Shown in pieces: positions 20,150 to 30,856 of a stretch of 64,000 nucleotides of DNA (position 1 is its first letter; every line of letters starts with the position of its first letter). A program made the position numbers and the translations under genes. Below the pieces are notes generated by a model. The model was given only the letters and a program-made list of their open reading frames with translations. It was not told the origin of the DNA and did not search any database. This DNA comes from an uncultured Methanosarcinales archaeon (lineage in GTDB: Archaea; Halobacteriota; Methanosarcinia; Methanotrichales; Methanotrichaceae): positions 1 to 64,000 of the forward strand of contig CAWJKV010000018.1 in the NCBI GenBank assembly GCA_963843555.1, written 5' to 3'.

Positions 20150-20191
20150 ACAGTACGCTTGACCGGCGGGTTCATTCTTGATATTGATCAA
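20150..20191 (-). promoter_or_regulatory. FNR box plus -10 element (class II geometry)
   Basis: TTGAT-ATTG-ATCAA at 20178-20191; minus-strand TACTGT at 20155-20150 places the box centre near -41.5. Confidence 0.7.
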
Positions 20192-20429
20192 GCTGGCCCG
20201 TTGGGCAGGGGCCACGAAGACAGTTCGAAGCCCTCCGCTGGTCGAATCATGAAATGCAAGGCCTCAATCATGTTGAGGTTGAGGCTGAGGAAGCGACAGT
20301 CCGCGCACAGCAACGGTGCGTGCCGGCGACTTTCATACAGAGATTACCTACAACGTCGGCTCTGTAGAAATTGAATACGTGATCCGCCACTATGATCCAC
20401 GCCCCGCTTTTTCTTTGAAGGGTGATGCC

Positions 20430-20813
20430 ATGACTGCGACGTTGGAAAAGAAGGCGTTAGAGAAGAAGTCTTTGGAACAACCGGACGAGGTCCGGCCGTT
20501 CAAGGATGGGAAAGGCAAGATGGCTGTGTTTACGCTCGGCGGCCAGACCATGGGCCGGGGCGAGTTCGAGCCCGGCTGGCGCTGGAGCCTGCACGTGAAG
20601 CCCATCGCAGGAACCGATTCGTGCCAGGCCGCCCACACCGGCATCATGCTGGAAGGCCGGATGGTGGTGAAGATGGATGACGGGCCCGAGGTGGAATACG
20701 GGCCGGGCGACGTCTTCTACATGCCGCCCGGGCACGATGCCTGGGTGGTCGGAAACAAACGTTGTGTTCTCTTCGACGTAACCGGCGTCGCAAAATACGC
20801 CAAACCCCGCTAA
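20430..20813 (+). CDS. Cupin domain protein
   Basis: EPGWRWS.HVKP, CQAAH and MPPGHDAWVVG. Confidence 0.85.
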   Translation: MTATLEKKALEKKSLEQPDEVRPFKDGKGKMAVFTLGGQTMGRGEFEPGWRWSLHVKPIAGTDSCQAAHTGIMLEGRMVVKMDDGPEVEYGPGDVFYMPPGHDAWVVGNKRCVLFDVTGVAKYAKPR

Positions 20814-20871
20814 CAGGCACCCAGCCCGGGATCAGCGGGTCGGCGCGGGGCCGTGCGTCAATCCGCGATTG

Positions 20872-21075
20872 TCACGCCGAGCTGACCGGCAGCTTGGCGT
20901 CGGCCGCGCGCGAAGGCGCGTGCGCCACGTGGGACAGGATCGCGGCCCAGGCCGCGGCGCGATCCGCCGGTGGATTCTCGCGGGTTCCGCGAGCGCGCTC
21001 CGTCGCGAGCTGGCTGCACTGCTCGCCATACCGGGTCACGAGGGCCAGGAGTTCGTCTTGCCAATGTGAGGTCAT
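20872..21075 (-). CDS. Hypothetical small protein
   Basis: 67-aa ORF with ATG and a purine-rich upstream sequence. Confidence 0.35.
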   Translation of the reverse strand: MTSHWQDELLALVTRYGEQCSQLATERARGTRENPPADRAAAWAAILSHVAHAPSRAADAKLPVSSA

Positions 21076-21283
21076 TTCAGGCGCCCTTTCGCAGCTGTTT
21101 CAATGCTCGGCACATCGGTCATCGTCCTCCGGGATTTGGCTGCCGACCATGACTTGGGACAGATTTTGGGCAAAAAACCAGCGCGCTGAGCAGGACTGGG
21201 GCAGCCCATGTCGGGTGTCTCACGGGTGACGGCATTATTCGCTGCACGGCTTACTCTCGACTTTGCCGGATGGAGCGAAATGG

Positions 21284-21517
21284 ATGCGAATCACACTTGA
21301 AATGCATGGTGCGCTTCAACGCTTCAACCAGGGAGGGCAGCGCAGGGCCGAACTGGACGTGGAAGATGGCGTCACGGTGCGCGAGCTGCTGATGGGCCTG
21401 GGCATGGACATGGACGAACCCTGGAACGCGGGGTTGGACGGCACACTGGCCGCCGGCTCCGACAAGTTGCGCGACGGGTCGCTGCTCATCGTCTTTTCGC
21501 CCATCGAGGGGGGATGA
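21284..21517 (+). CDS. MoaD/ThiS family sulfur carrier
   Basis: Ubiquitin-like size with C-terminal PIEGG. Confidence 0.85.
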   Translation: MRITLEMHGALQRFNQGGQRRAELDVEDGVTVRELLMGLGMDMDEPWNAGLDGTLAAGSDKLRDGSLLIVFSPIEGG

Positions 21518-21558
21518 ATCATGCGGGTCTGTTTTCGTTTTTGCCGGGAGTAAGCACC

Positions 21559-23445
21559 ATGGTCAAAGGACTTGCCAACAAGATTCTGCGGGTCGACCTG
21601 TCCACTCGTCGCATATGGACCGAAGAGCAAGACGAGATCTTTTACCGGCGCTACCTGGGCGGTGCCGGAATCGTCGCTTACTACCTGCTGAAAGAACTTC
21701 AGCCCGGCGTGGACCCTCTTTCGCCCGAGAACATCCTCGTCTTCGCGCCCGGCCCGATAACGGGTACTCCTGCGCCGGGAGGCTCACGCCTGTGCGTCGG
21801 CGCGAAATCGCCGCTGAGCGGCGGCATGGCGAAGAGCGAAGCGGGCGGCTTCTTCGGCTATGAGCTCAAGCGCGCCGGTTTCGATGCCCTCGTGGTGCAA
21901 GGCAAGGCCGACCGGCCGGTGTACCTGTGGGTCCACAACGGCGAGGTGGAAATCAGGGACGCGTCGCACCTGTGGGGCCAGACGGTGCTGCAAACCCAGG
22001 ATGCCATCGAGGCAGAGCTGGGCCAGAAGCGCGTTCGCACCGCCACCATCGGTGCCGCCGGTGAGAACCTGGCAGCGATCTCCTGCGTGATCACGGACTT
22101 GCGCAACGCCGCCGGCCGGGGGGGCCTGGGCGCCGTGATGGGGTCCAAGAACCTGAAGTGCATTGCCGTCAAGGGCGCCACCGTCCCGCAAGCCGCGGAT
22201 CCGGAGAAATTCCGTGAGCTGGCCCGCTGGATGAACATGAACTACATGAATCACGGCAACGGCGCGTCCTTCCATGAATTCGGCACCGGCGCGGATATGG
22301 CGGGTTTCAACGCAATCGGCAACCTTCCGGTTCGCAATTGGAGCGACCGGCAGTTCGAAGACGTGGCGATGATCACGGCGAGGGCGTTGCGGGACACCTA
22401 TCGGATTGCCATGGAGGGCTGCCCCGGGTGCCAGATCCGCTGCAAGAAGGTAGTGGCACTGGAAAGCGATTCCTTCAAGGTGGACCCCCGGAACGGCGGC
22501 CCCGAGTACGAAACGCTGGCATCGTTCGGCTCGTTCATGGGCATCAACGATCTGGCGGCCATCTGCCGGGCGAACGAGCTATGCTCCCTCTATTCCCTGG
22601 ACACCATTTCGCTCGGCGGTACCGTCGCCTTCGCGATGGAGTGCTTCGAAAAGGGAATCCTGACCCGCGAGGACACGGGTGGCATCGAGCTGCGCTTCGG
22701 CAATGCCGACGCCCTGCTCCAAATCATCGAACGCATCGCACACCGGCAAGGCATCGGCGACATTCTGGCCGACGGCAGCCGCAAGGCCGCCATGCGCATC
22801 GGCCGCGGCGCCGAGGCGCTCGCCATCCAGGTCAAGGGCGTCGAGTTCGGGATGCACGATCCCCGGGTCAAACAGGGCCTGGGCCTGATCTATGCCATCG
22901 CGGCCAATGGCGCCGACCACATGGCCGGTGCGCACGACACGGCGTTCACCCATGAGGGGCGCGGCATGGAATCCGTCCGCAGCCTGGACAGCCCCACTCC
23001 GCTTGCCGCCAATGACCTGAGCACGGCGAAAGTGGACCGGGTGAAGAACCAGCACTGCTCGAAAAACTTCGGCGATTCGCTGGTGATGTGCCACTTCGTT
23101 CCCTGGACCCTGCGGCAACAGGTGGACCTGCTGCGTGCCGTGACAGGGTGGGATTACACGGACTTCGAGGCTTTGCGGCAGGGCGAGCGTGTGGCGACCA
23201 TGGGCCGGGTCTTCAATCTCAGGGAGGGGCTGAGCGCGGCTGACGACCAGCTGCCCAAGCGGTTCTTCTCACCCGCTCCCCAAGGAGAGTTGAAAGCCAC
23301 CGCCATCGATCCCGAGGCCATGAATCGCGCCAAGCGAACGTTCTACATCCTCATGGGCTGGGATCCGGTCACCGGGGTACCGATGCCAGAGAAGCTGGAA
23401 GAGCTGGGGATTGGGTGGGCCGGCGTGGAAAGAGTTGCTGCTTGA
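21559..23445 (+). CDS. Aldehyde:ferredoxin oxidoreductase (tungstopterin AOR family)
   Basis: YLGGAG, KSPLSG, GRGGLGAVMGSKNLK, CPGCQIRC, GPEYET and LDTIS. Confidence 0.9.
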   Translation: MVKGLANKILRVDLSTRRIWTEEQDEIFYRRYLGGAGIVAYYLLKELQPGVDPLSPENILVFAPGPITGTPAPGGSRLCVGAKSPLSGGMAKSEAGGFFGYELKRAGFDALVVQGKADRPVYLWVHNGEVEIRDASHLWGQTVLQTQDAIEAELGQKRVRTATIGAAGENLAAISCVITDLRNAAGRGGLGAVMGSKNLKCIAVKGATVPQAADPEKFRELARWMNMNYMNHGNGASFHEFGTGADMAGFNAIGNLPVRNWSDRQFEDVAMITARALRDTYRIAMEGCPGCQIRCKKVVALESDSFKVDPRNGGPEYETLASFGSFMGINDLAAICRANELCSLYSLDTISLGGTVAFAMECFEKGILTREDTGGIELRFGNADALLQIIERIAHRQGIGDILADGSRKAAMRIGRGAEALAIQVKGVEFGMHDPRVKQGLGLIYAIAANGADHMAGAHDTAFTHEGRGMESVRSLDSPTPLAANDLSTAKVDRVKNQHCSKNFGDSLVMCHFVPWTLRQQVDLLRAVTGWDYTDFEALRQGERVATMGRVFNLREGLSAADDQLPKRFFSPAPQGELKATAIDPEAMNRAKRTFYILMGWDPVTGVPMPEKLEELGIGWAGVERVAA

Positions 23446-23519
23446 CCGGCAAGGTGATGGTGCGCGGACAGGAAGCTGGAGGGTCATTCAGCAGGGAATG
23501 ACAGAGTGAATGTCGTTCG

Positions 23520-23911
23520 CCCAGATGAGGATTGATATGAGCCAGAGGACGGGCCGCGCAGGCAGCGGGTTTATGATGATCGGTCACAACAGCCACTAGA
23601 CTCCGATCGCAGATCTCCTGGATCATTCCGCTGCCAAGATCCGTGAATATAACCAGATCGGCTCCCTGGTTGACAACTTCATCCAGCGCACCCAGATCGA
23701 GCTGCCGGAAGAAGAGAGGCTTGTAGTCTATATTTAACCTCTCCAGGGCTGTGCATATGATAGCAGCAGCCGTGAGTCCATCGGCATCCACGTGAGAGAC
23801 CACGAGAAGATTTTGCTGCCTGCGGATCTCCTCCGCGGCATCCTGGCAGAGCCCGCAGAGCGTGTCGAACTTCAGAGAGATATCCCGGGCGTCTTGCATA
23901 ACTGACACCAT
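23520..23911 (-). CDS. Archaeal DHH/RecJ-like phosphoesterase, 3' part cut off at the junction
   Basis: SHVDADG, FTDLGSG, TDHH and HINPHL, after which homology stops abruptly. Confidence 0.8.
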
Positions 23912-23951
23912 CTGGTGAGTTTATTTTATAAATCTTTGCTGTGGAGCGAAA

Positions 23952-24356
23952 TTAAAATTTCTCCATGGAGAGATTTATTTTTCCGGCCCAGATCGTTCCC
24001 ATTAGACGAAAATTTCCAGGGCTTTTATTCATCTGAGGATAGTCGCGAATGGTCACTTCATGGGCGATTGGCACTTTAGTGAAAAGGAATTGGTCCGTAA
24101 TGGTAATGTTCTCAGAATTGTTGCTCTGAAAAGTGTATTTGTCCATAACGTCACCTGTTCCGTGCACTTCTCCAATAGCTACAGTATTCTCGGGGGAACC
24201 CATCTTGAAATCGGTCATAACAGTCCCCGTACCTACGACGCTGTGGCTGTAGTCGATATCCACATTCGACAATGCGGCATTCACCCCAATCGCAATTATC
24301 AATAGGGCAATGGCGAGTTTAATCACAGGGCCAGAGAGGCCGTTTATTTTTTTCAT
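23952..24356 (-). CDS. Hypothetical secreted protein
   Basis: MKK start plus hydrophobic signal, then a beta-rich domain. Confidence 0.6.
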   Translation of the reverse strand: MKKINGLSGPVIKLAIALLIIAIGVNAALSNVDIDYSHSVVGTGTVMTDFKMGSPENTVAIGEVHGTGDVMDKYTFQSNNSENITITDQFLFTKVPIAHEVTIRDYPQMNKSPGNFRLMGTIWAGKINLSMEKF

Positions 24357-24422
24357 AATTCCATGCCTGCCTTGTTTCTTTCCTTTATTTAAGTCTGCGG
24401 AAGGATCGATGCCAGCCCAGGA

Positions 24423-24494
24423 GTCCATATAGACGTCCATATCGACATCTATATCGACATCTATATCGAGGTCTATATCGACGTCTATATCGAC
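24423..24494. repeat. Six tandem 12-bp near-palindromic units (consensus GTCTATATCGAC)
   Basis: Units start at 24423, 24435, 24447, 24459, 24471 and 24483. Confidence 0.9.
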
Positions 24495-24573
24495 GGGCTG
24501 CAAATCAAAACAAAGAAGGTGAACCGACCAAAGAGGATTATACGGGCAGAGAGAGAAATGCCTTTAGATACTT

Positions 24574-25374
24574 ATGACGTCTCATAATTCCGTGCGGCCC
24601 TTCAGCCAGCTCGATATAGCACCCACAGTCGCCCGAACCCTGGGCTTTATCCTTCCCAGCAAAGACGGCCAGCCCATAGATTTGGTGCAAGGCTGGGGCT
24701 GCAAAAATGCCGCCATCATCATAATCGACAGCCTGGGCTATGATCTATTCATGTGGCTGCGGCCGGGCCTGGAGAACATGTCGCATCTCGCTGACGAAGG
24801 GCTGCTGCTCAGGGCCGAGGCCGTTTCCAATCATACGACTCCGGCCATAGCCAGCATCCTCTCCGGCCTCTTGCCCGAGCACCACGGAATCTTCGATAAG
24901 GCAGGAGCAAAGGAATCCAGCATACTCAGCCTGCCAGAAATGGCCAATGCTTCAGGCCTGAAGGCAGCGGTCATAATGGAGAAGAATGGAGCCGATGTCT
25001 ATCAGGGCTTGATTGAGATCGTCGAAGGAATACCGGACAGTATCCCCTCAGAGGAGTTCGACCGGGAGTCTTGCCGCAAGACTGTTCAGGCCATCTTGCA
25101 GCGGCCAGGGCTTCTTGTCTCCTACTTCATAGGCATAGATAAGAGCGTTCACCGGGGATTGGGCCTGGAAGGAATCAGAAATGCAGCTATGCTTATTGAT
25201 CGCTGCATAGGTGAGATCGTTTGGAATGCCGATAGAGAGACTTTACTCATCATTTGCGGGGACCATCCCATACACGCCGGGCTTCTCAAGAGGACTAAAG
25301 AGCCTTATTGCGTGGCCCTAATTCTGGCCAGAGGACAGAAGTGCAAAAGTGAGAATCAACAGGGCTTTCGATAG
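24574..25374 (+). CDS. Alkaline phosphatase superfamily protein
   Basis: IIIDSLG, TTPAIASILSGLLPEHHGI, D..H and GDH motifs. Confidence 0.8.
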   Translation: MTSHNSVRPFSQLDIAPTVARTLGFILPSKDGQPIDLVQGWGCKNAAIIIIDSLGYDLFMWLRPGLENMSHLADEGLLLRAEAVSNHTTPAIASILSGLLPEHHGIFDKAGAKESSILSLPEMANASGLKAAVIMEKNGADVYQGLIEIVEGIPDSIPSEEFDRESCRKTVQAILQRPGLLVSYFIGIDKSVHRGLGLEGIRNAAMLIDRCIGEIVWNADRETLLIICGDHPIHAGLLKRTKEPYCVALILARGQKCKSENQQGFR

Positions 25375-25407
25375 GTTTAAATGCCGCAAGAAGATAATTA
25401 AACTCCA

Positions 25408-25530
25408 ATGGATGAAGATCTCTCCGAGGTTTTTCAATTAATAGCCGAAGACGAACGCAGACGCAGATATCTCAAGGAGGTCGGCGACTGGCTTATAGAA
25501 GAATACTTTGAGCTCCACCAGGCATCTTGA
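25408..25530 (+). CDS. Small hypothetical protein, 40 aa (not in the ORF track)
   Basis: MDEDLSEVFQLIAEDERRRRYLKEVGDWLIEEYFELHQAS; TTTAAA TATA-like box about 30 nt upstream. Confidence 0.5.
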   Translation: MDEDLSEVFQLIAEDERRRRYLKEVGDWLIEEYFELHQAS

Positions 25531-26425
25531 AACCTTTGCCAATTTCTTGGCTTTTCATTTGTTGATGAAGGCCCTCTTGTAATGACTGGGCGCAAATACT
25601 ATCCCATCCTGATAATTTCAACCTCAACGTCAGGACCCTTATCGTAACTGTAATACTTAATCTTAGTTATGACGCGCGATCGTGCAACTATTCCACTGAA
25701 GAATCATGATCGCGTTTCAGATTGTAAAAGGATATATTTTGTCCGACTAATTATGGCTACAGAACTGGCTTTCATCTAACCCAGACGCATCACTCATTGC
25801 CCGTCTTGACGGACACTCTCCCGGGCATTTTGAGCGCACATCGCGCGCATAACTTTATAGATTCTTTAGAAATTATAGCGGATTTTCCTGCCATTTACTT
25901 ATATTATCGATGTTGGCAGGCTGATGTGAAATGGTTTCACAAAAGCAGAGTTCGCCGCGCACAACTATGAACTCTACTGATCTCTATTTTCCTAATAGTA
26001 ATCGCCCGAAATTTCTTTTCACAATACGTTATAATGCGATTTCTGAATTGCATACCCGACTTGTGAAATGCAATTCTGACTGCTATTAAGGCTTTATTTC
26101 GGAAAATAATGGCAAATAGAAGTATTAAGCCATTAACCACAACTATCAACTATTGGAAAGTTTTATATACCACAAAAACTAGGTTAATATTGTGCCAGAA
26201 CGGCCAGACAATCTGTCTGATTACATCAAGATGGGATAAGAAAGGAGGGCTTGTTCGTCTGAGGGGATGGATGAACCTTCGCAGCATATCATCGAAGTAG
26301 GGTAGCGTATCGGGTGAGCATATCGGAGTCATAGGCCAGATTCATTCCACATAAAAATTGTGGTGGATTGTTGTCCGGCTGATTCGATTTGTTCACCACT
26401 GTGTAAGCGAAAAAAACCGCACACC

Positions 26426-26840
26426 AAGAAGGGATGGCACGAGGAGTAGCAATGAAGGGGATGTCGATAGCCTCAAAAAAAAGGGTCTTTCGATCCAGTG
26501 CGAAATGCAACACAGTACGCTTCTCACAAAGAATGGCACAAAGGAGTAGCTGAAGGGGATGTGTATCAGATCCGGTATAAACGTCTGTCTAAAGACTGTT
26601 CACTGTCGGAAAGGGACGGCTGTGCACAGATTGAGACGATGATTTCCATACCACGGCCAAAACATGGCCCCCATTGTCGGAAAGGGACGGCAATGAAGGT
26701 CATAGGAGTTGGTATGGTCCTGGATTTGAAATGCACTGTTGTGGACAGGCTGTGAAAGCAAGGGAAAAAGCCAGGGAATTAAGGGGCCCGGGCTAGAAGT
26801 GTCTTTCACAATCTGTACAGAATAGAAAGGGATGGCACGA
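26426..26840 (+). repeat. Five dispersed copies of an AAGGGAYGGC-like motif
   Basis: Copies near 26429, 26529 (degenerate), 26610, 26682 and 26827. Two extend to GGAGTAGC..TGAAGGGGATGT and two share TGTCGGAAAGGGACGGC. Confidence 0.75.
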
Positions 26841-27126
26841 AAAAGGGAGAAAATATGGACCGGATCCGCGGGAAGGGGGATTATCCTTGCTGATCCGGTC
26901 CTGCAAGGTAGCTGATTGAAGTAGGGAATTCGAGGAGAGGAAGACTGTGAGAGGGCATATCAAGTTGTTTACAATACAGATGAACCTGGAGAAGTGCGAG
27001 CGTTTGAAAATCGCCGAGCCAACAGAAGATGTAGGCTATGGGCTCTGTCGGGATGCTCCTTCCTCTATCGAGCGTATATTTCTTCCCATTCCAGAGCTGA
27101 TGTCCGGAAGATAATAGGGGGATACG

Positions 27127-27597
27127 ATGAGGATCCGGATTGAGATAGAAGACGAAGGGCTCAAATCCTCTCACGAATTTGAGTCGCAAAATAAGGGCGG
27201 AGAGGCTTTGAGGGAGAAAATCATAGGCTTTCTGTCAGCTTCCGGTATCTTCGAGGACAAAGAGGAGCGAGCCGCACCGGCTGCGTCTGCTCGTAATTAC
27301 GGCAGCGTTGGGACTCTCATGGACCGTCTAGAGAGTTTCATCAAATTTGAGTTTTCCAATACATGGTTCACAACCCAGGAATTGAGAGAGCGATATGAGA
27401 CAGTGGCGGATGATATCAAGCTCAGCACAGTATCAACCTATCTCTCTCGCATGAATCACGACGGCTTGTTGGACAAGAGGGGGAACAGAAACAACCGGCA
27501 GTACAGATTGATAGAGATGACTGAGCCGGAGATGATACCCCATCAAAATTATCAGCGCCAAAATAGCTATGAAAAACGAAGAGCAGAAGGCAGATAA
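27127..27597 (+). CDS. Putative DNA-binding protein with C-terminal winged HTH
   Basis: FTTQELRERYE..IKLSTVSTYLSRM..GLLDKRGNRNNRQYRL. Confidence 0.7.
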   Translation: MRIRIEIEDEGLKSSHEFESQNKGGEALREKIIGFLSASGIFEDKEERAAPAASARNYGSVGTLMDRLESFIKFEFSNTWFTTQELRERYETVADDIKLSTVSTYLSRMNHDGLLDKRGNRNNRQYRLIEMTEPEMIPHQNYQRQNSYEKRRAEGR

Positions 27598-27739
27598 AGA
27601 ATAGCCTGGCCGGAAAGCCTCCTTTGCCGGATCTTCCCACCACAGCAAACAAGATCAGATTAAATTCCGGTCAGGCCCGTCTGCTCCCGTCTTTGAAAGC
27701 ATTTTGCTAATCTCTTTTCAGATCTCTGGTCTTGCAGAG

Positions 27740-30700
27740 TTACACTGTGCCTTTGAGGCGGTTTTGAGTCAGATTGATGCTGTACGCGGCTGGAGCGTTC
27801 CCCGGATCGATCTCAAGAACCCTTTCGAAGGCGCTGAGGGCTTCTTGAAAACGGCCTGCTGCCACCAGAGCCAGGCCCTTATTATAATGAGCATCTGCAT
27901 TATGGGGCATAAGCTTGATGGTTTTCTCAAAGCTCGAAAGGGCTTCCTCAGATTGGGCGATCTGGTTTTGGGCAAGGCCAAGTCCGAGCCAGGCATAAGC
28001 GTCGTCCGGAGCAAGCATCGTCGCATTCTTGTAAGCCATTACGGATTGGCCGTACTGGCCCAGGAAATAATATACCTGGCCCAGATTGTACCAAACCGCC
28101 TCATTGGACGCGTTGGCTTTGGAGGCCCATTGCAGGCTTTTCAGGGCCTCATCATACCTTCCTGAAGTTGCCTGCAGGCTCCCCAGGTTGGACCAGGCAG
28201 CATAGTTTCCGGGATCGATGGAGACGATCTCCTGGAAGCATATCATAGCGCGAGAGCTATTGCCGAGAGCCGCCAATGCCAGGCCTTTGCCCATCAAGGC
28301 CTCAATATTTGATGGCTCCAAACTCAGGACGCTATCGAAGGACTGCAGAGATTCGTTATACTCTCCATTGAGACAGAGAAGATTCCCCAAACCATTATAG
28401 CCGCGGGTGTCAACTGGGTCGGCGTTTATGGCCTGTTCATAATAGTGGCGAGCAGCACTGAAATTGCCTTTTTCACGAAATACGTTGCCCATTCCAGAAA
28501 GCGCAATAGAGCTACGCGGTTCAATAGCAAGAGCCCTCTCGTAGCTCGGCCTGGCGCGGTCTGGATCATTCTGGCAGAGGAGGGCGTCCCCAGCACCCAC
28601 CCAGGCATCAATGTTGCTGGCATCCAGTGTCAGGACGTCTTCATAGAACTGCAGAGCTCGTCTGCAATTATTCAAAGCATAGTTAGCTCTTGCAGCACCC
28701 AGGAGTCCCTGGACATTCTGCGGGTCAATTTCTAGAAGTCTCTCGTAGAACGACAGGGCGAGCTCTGCGGAGTTATTGCGCAGAAGTGTGTCCCCTATGC
28801 TGAGAAGAGCATATATGTTATCCTCATCCCTGGCGAGGATGCGATCATAAGCCACCAGAGCTCCGGCAAGATCGTTTTGTGCCCTGAGCACATCTCCCTG
28901 GCCCTGCAGAGCCATGGTATTCTCAGGATCCAGCCGGAGGATCTGCTCATAGGATTGCAGTGCCTTATCCGTCTGGCCCTGCAAACGCAGTGCCTCTCCT
29001 TTTCCATAGAGAGCGGAAATGTTTTGAGGGGAGACATTCAGAGCCGCGTTAAAGCTGTCTGCTGCGGAAGGATACCTCTGCAGTGCCAGGAATGAGTCTC
29101 CCTTGCCGAGAAATGCCCGAAGGTCGTCGGGCTTTATTTTCAAGGCCTGATCGAAGGCCTGAAGGGAAGAGTTGAAATCTTGCTGGGCATAAAGAGCCCC
29201 GGCAAAGCCTATCATCGATTCAAGATCGTCAGGGTTCTGCTCCAGTGCCGCTCCAAAAGACTCTGCTGGCCTGATCGTACTCTTTGAGCGCGATCTGTGT
29301 TTCACCCATGCCTCGCAAGGCTTTGGCATTTCCTGGGGAAAGCTGCAGTGCACGGGCAAAGGACTGCAGAGCCTCCTGATACCTTTCCAGTTCAAGGAGC
29401 AGTCTGCCCCGGTTCATGATGATCCCGGTATCATTCTCATCCAGCTGCAATGCCCTGTCATAGCTATTCAGGGCACCCTTGTAGTCTTGCAGCTGCTCGT
29501 GTACATCGGCCGAAATGTTCCACAAAGTTATATTCTTGGGCTCCAACCGCAGGGCAGATTCTAGAGATAGCTTTGCCATTTTATATTTTCCAATCGTTGA
29601 CAGGATCCGGCCCTTTAAGGCCCAGGCTGATGCATTATACTGATCCAGCTCCAGCGCCTTATTCAAAGAATTTATTGCCTCGGATGGACGGCCGAGCCGG
29701 AAGAGGATCTGCCCTTTGAAGAGCCACGCAACAGACTTCTTGCCGTCTGCCTCAATGGACTTATTTATGCTATCCAGGGCTTGAGAATAAGAACCGATTT
29801 TGCTATAATTCTGAGCCTGGAACAAGAAGCGGCTGTAATTGGAGCCGTTGTCTTTCTGCGAGACGACATTTCCAGACCTGTCGCCAGACCAGTCCCTAGA
29901 CCAGTTCCCGGTCCTGTTCCCGGACATGGATGATTCGGACACGGAAACTTCCGACCTATCGACAATTTCAGCCGAAGCCTTCTCTTTCCCGGCCAGGGAT
30001 GCCCTGTCCGGGGGAGAAATAGCTGGAACTGTTTCATTGCTCTCCAAAGCGTCCGAGAAGAGCCCTTTGTCCAGCTGCCGGTCCCCTTGAGCCTTCAGAG
30101 CCTGGGCCAGGCCTTGCTTTGCCTCTCCATTCTTGGGATCGAGCAGGTTCGCTTCTTCGAAGATCGCCCTGGCCTGGGAGGCATTTCCCCTGGCGAGCTG
30201 CAATTGTCCCAGGCCCGCCAGGGCGCGAGACTTGCCTTCTTTTGCTTTCGGATCTGATGAGTTGCCGGCAAGAACCTTATTGAAGCTTTGCAGAGCCTCG
30301 TCATAGCGGCCTGTGGCAATGGATGCATTCCCAATCCCGAGCCGAGCCTCGACCAGGCTGCCGTCTTGGGCCAGAGCGCGGTCGTAACCCTGCAGAGCCC
30401 GGGCCCAATCTTTATCCAGCTCAGCAGCGCGGGCCTCTTCCAGCCAAAGCACGGGATTCTTTGGGTCCTTTCGCAGAGCGAGATCGAAGTAAAGCCCGGC
30501 CATTTTATACCTTCCCAACCTGGATAGAGCCGTGCCTTTGCCAACCCATGCCGATGCGTTCTCGGGATCGATTTTCAGTACGCGGTCAAAGCTTTCGACG
30601 GCCTGCTGAAATGAGCCGTTTAAGAGAGCCACATGGCCCATCTCCAGCCAGCTGGCTGCGCTCTCCTCGGAAGAGGCCGAGACAGGGAGAGATACGAGCA

Positions 30701-30764
30701 GCATGCAAGCTAGCATGACGGATGGCATCAGGTAGGGGGGAGAGGACTTCTGCAAAGCAATCAC
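27740..30764 (-). CDS. Very long secreted TPR protein (~1000 aa; frameshift near 29260)
   Basis: Signal peptide followed by many 34-aa TPR units; the two track ORFs overlap at 29229-29395. Confidence 0.85.
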
Positions 30765-30856
30765 TATTTTCTCCAGATATTTCAGATAGGTTATATTACC
30801 AGCGCCTTCACCAATGCCTAGAGCAAGAATTTATCAATTAGCCGATGTGGTATTCT

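Noticed and set aside
466..23118. Many long antisense or overlapping ORFs in the track (e.g. 466-1764, 4360-5436, 14989-16050, 18104-19249)
   Set aside because: Shadow ORFs of high-GC genes; no motifs and Arg/Pro/Gly-biased composition.
23446..23530. Genuine inter-domain gene transfer
   Set aside because: No mobility signature, a gene is cut mid-domain, and both sides look like ordinary chromosome.
26426..26840. CRISPR array
   Set aside because: Repeats are short and degenerate, spacing is irregular (~70-150 bp), and there are no cas genes.
29870..29925. 12-bp repeats inside the large TPR gene
   Set aside because: A low-complexity linker (SGNR/TGNW/SRDW/SGDR) with no further signal.
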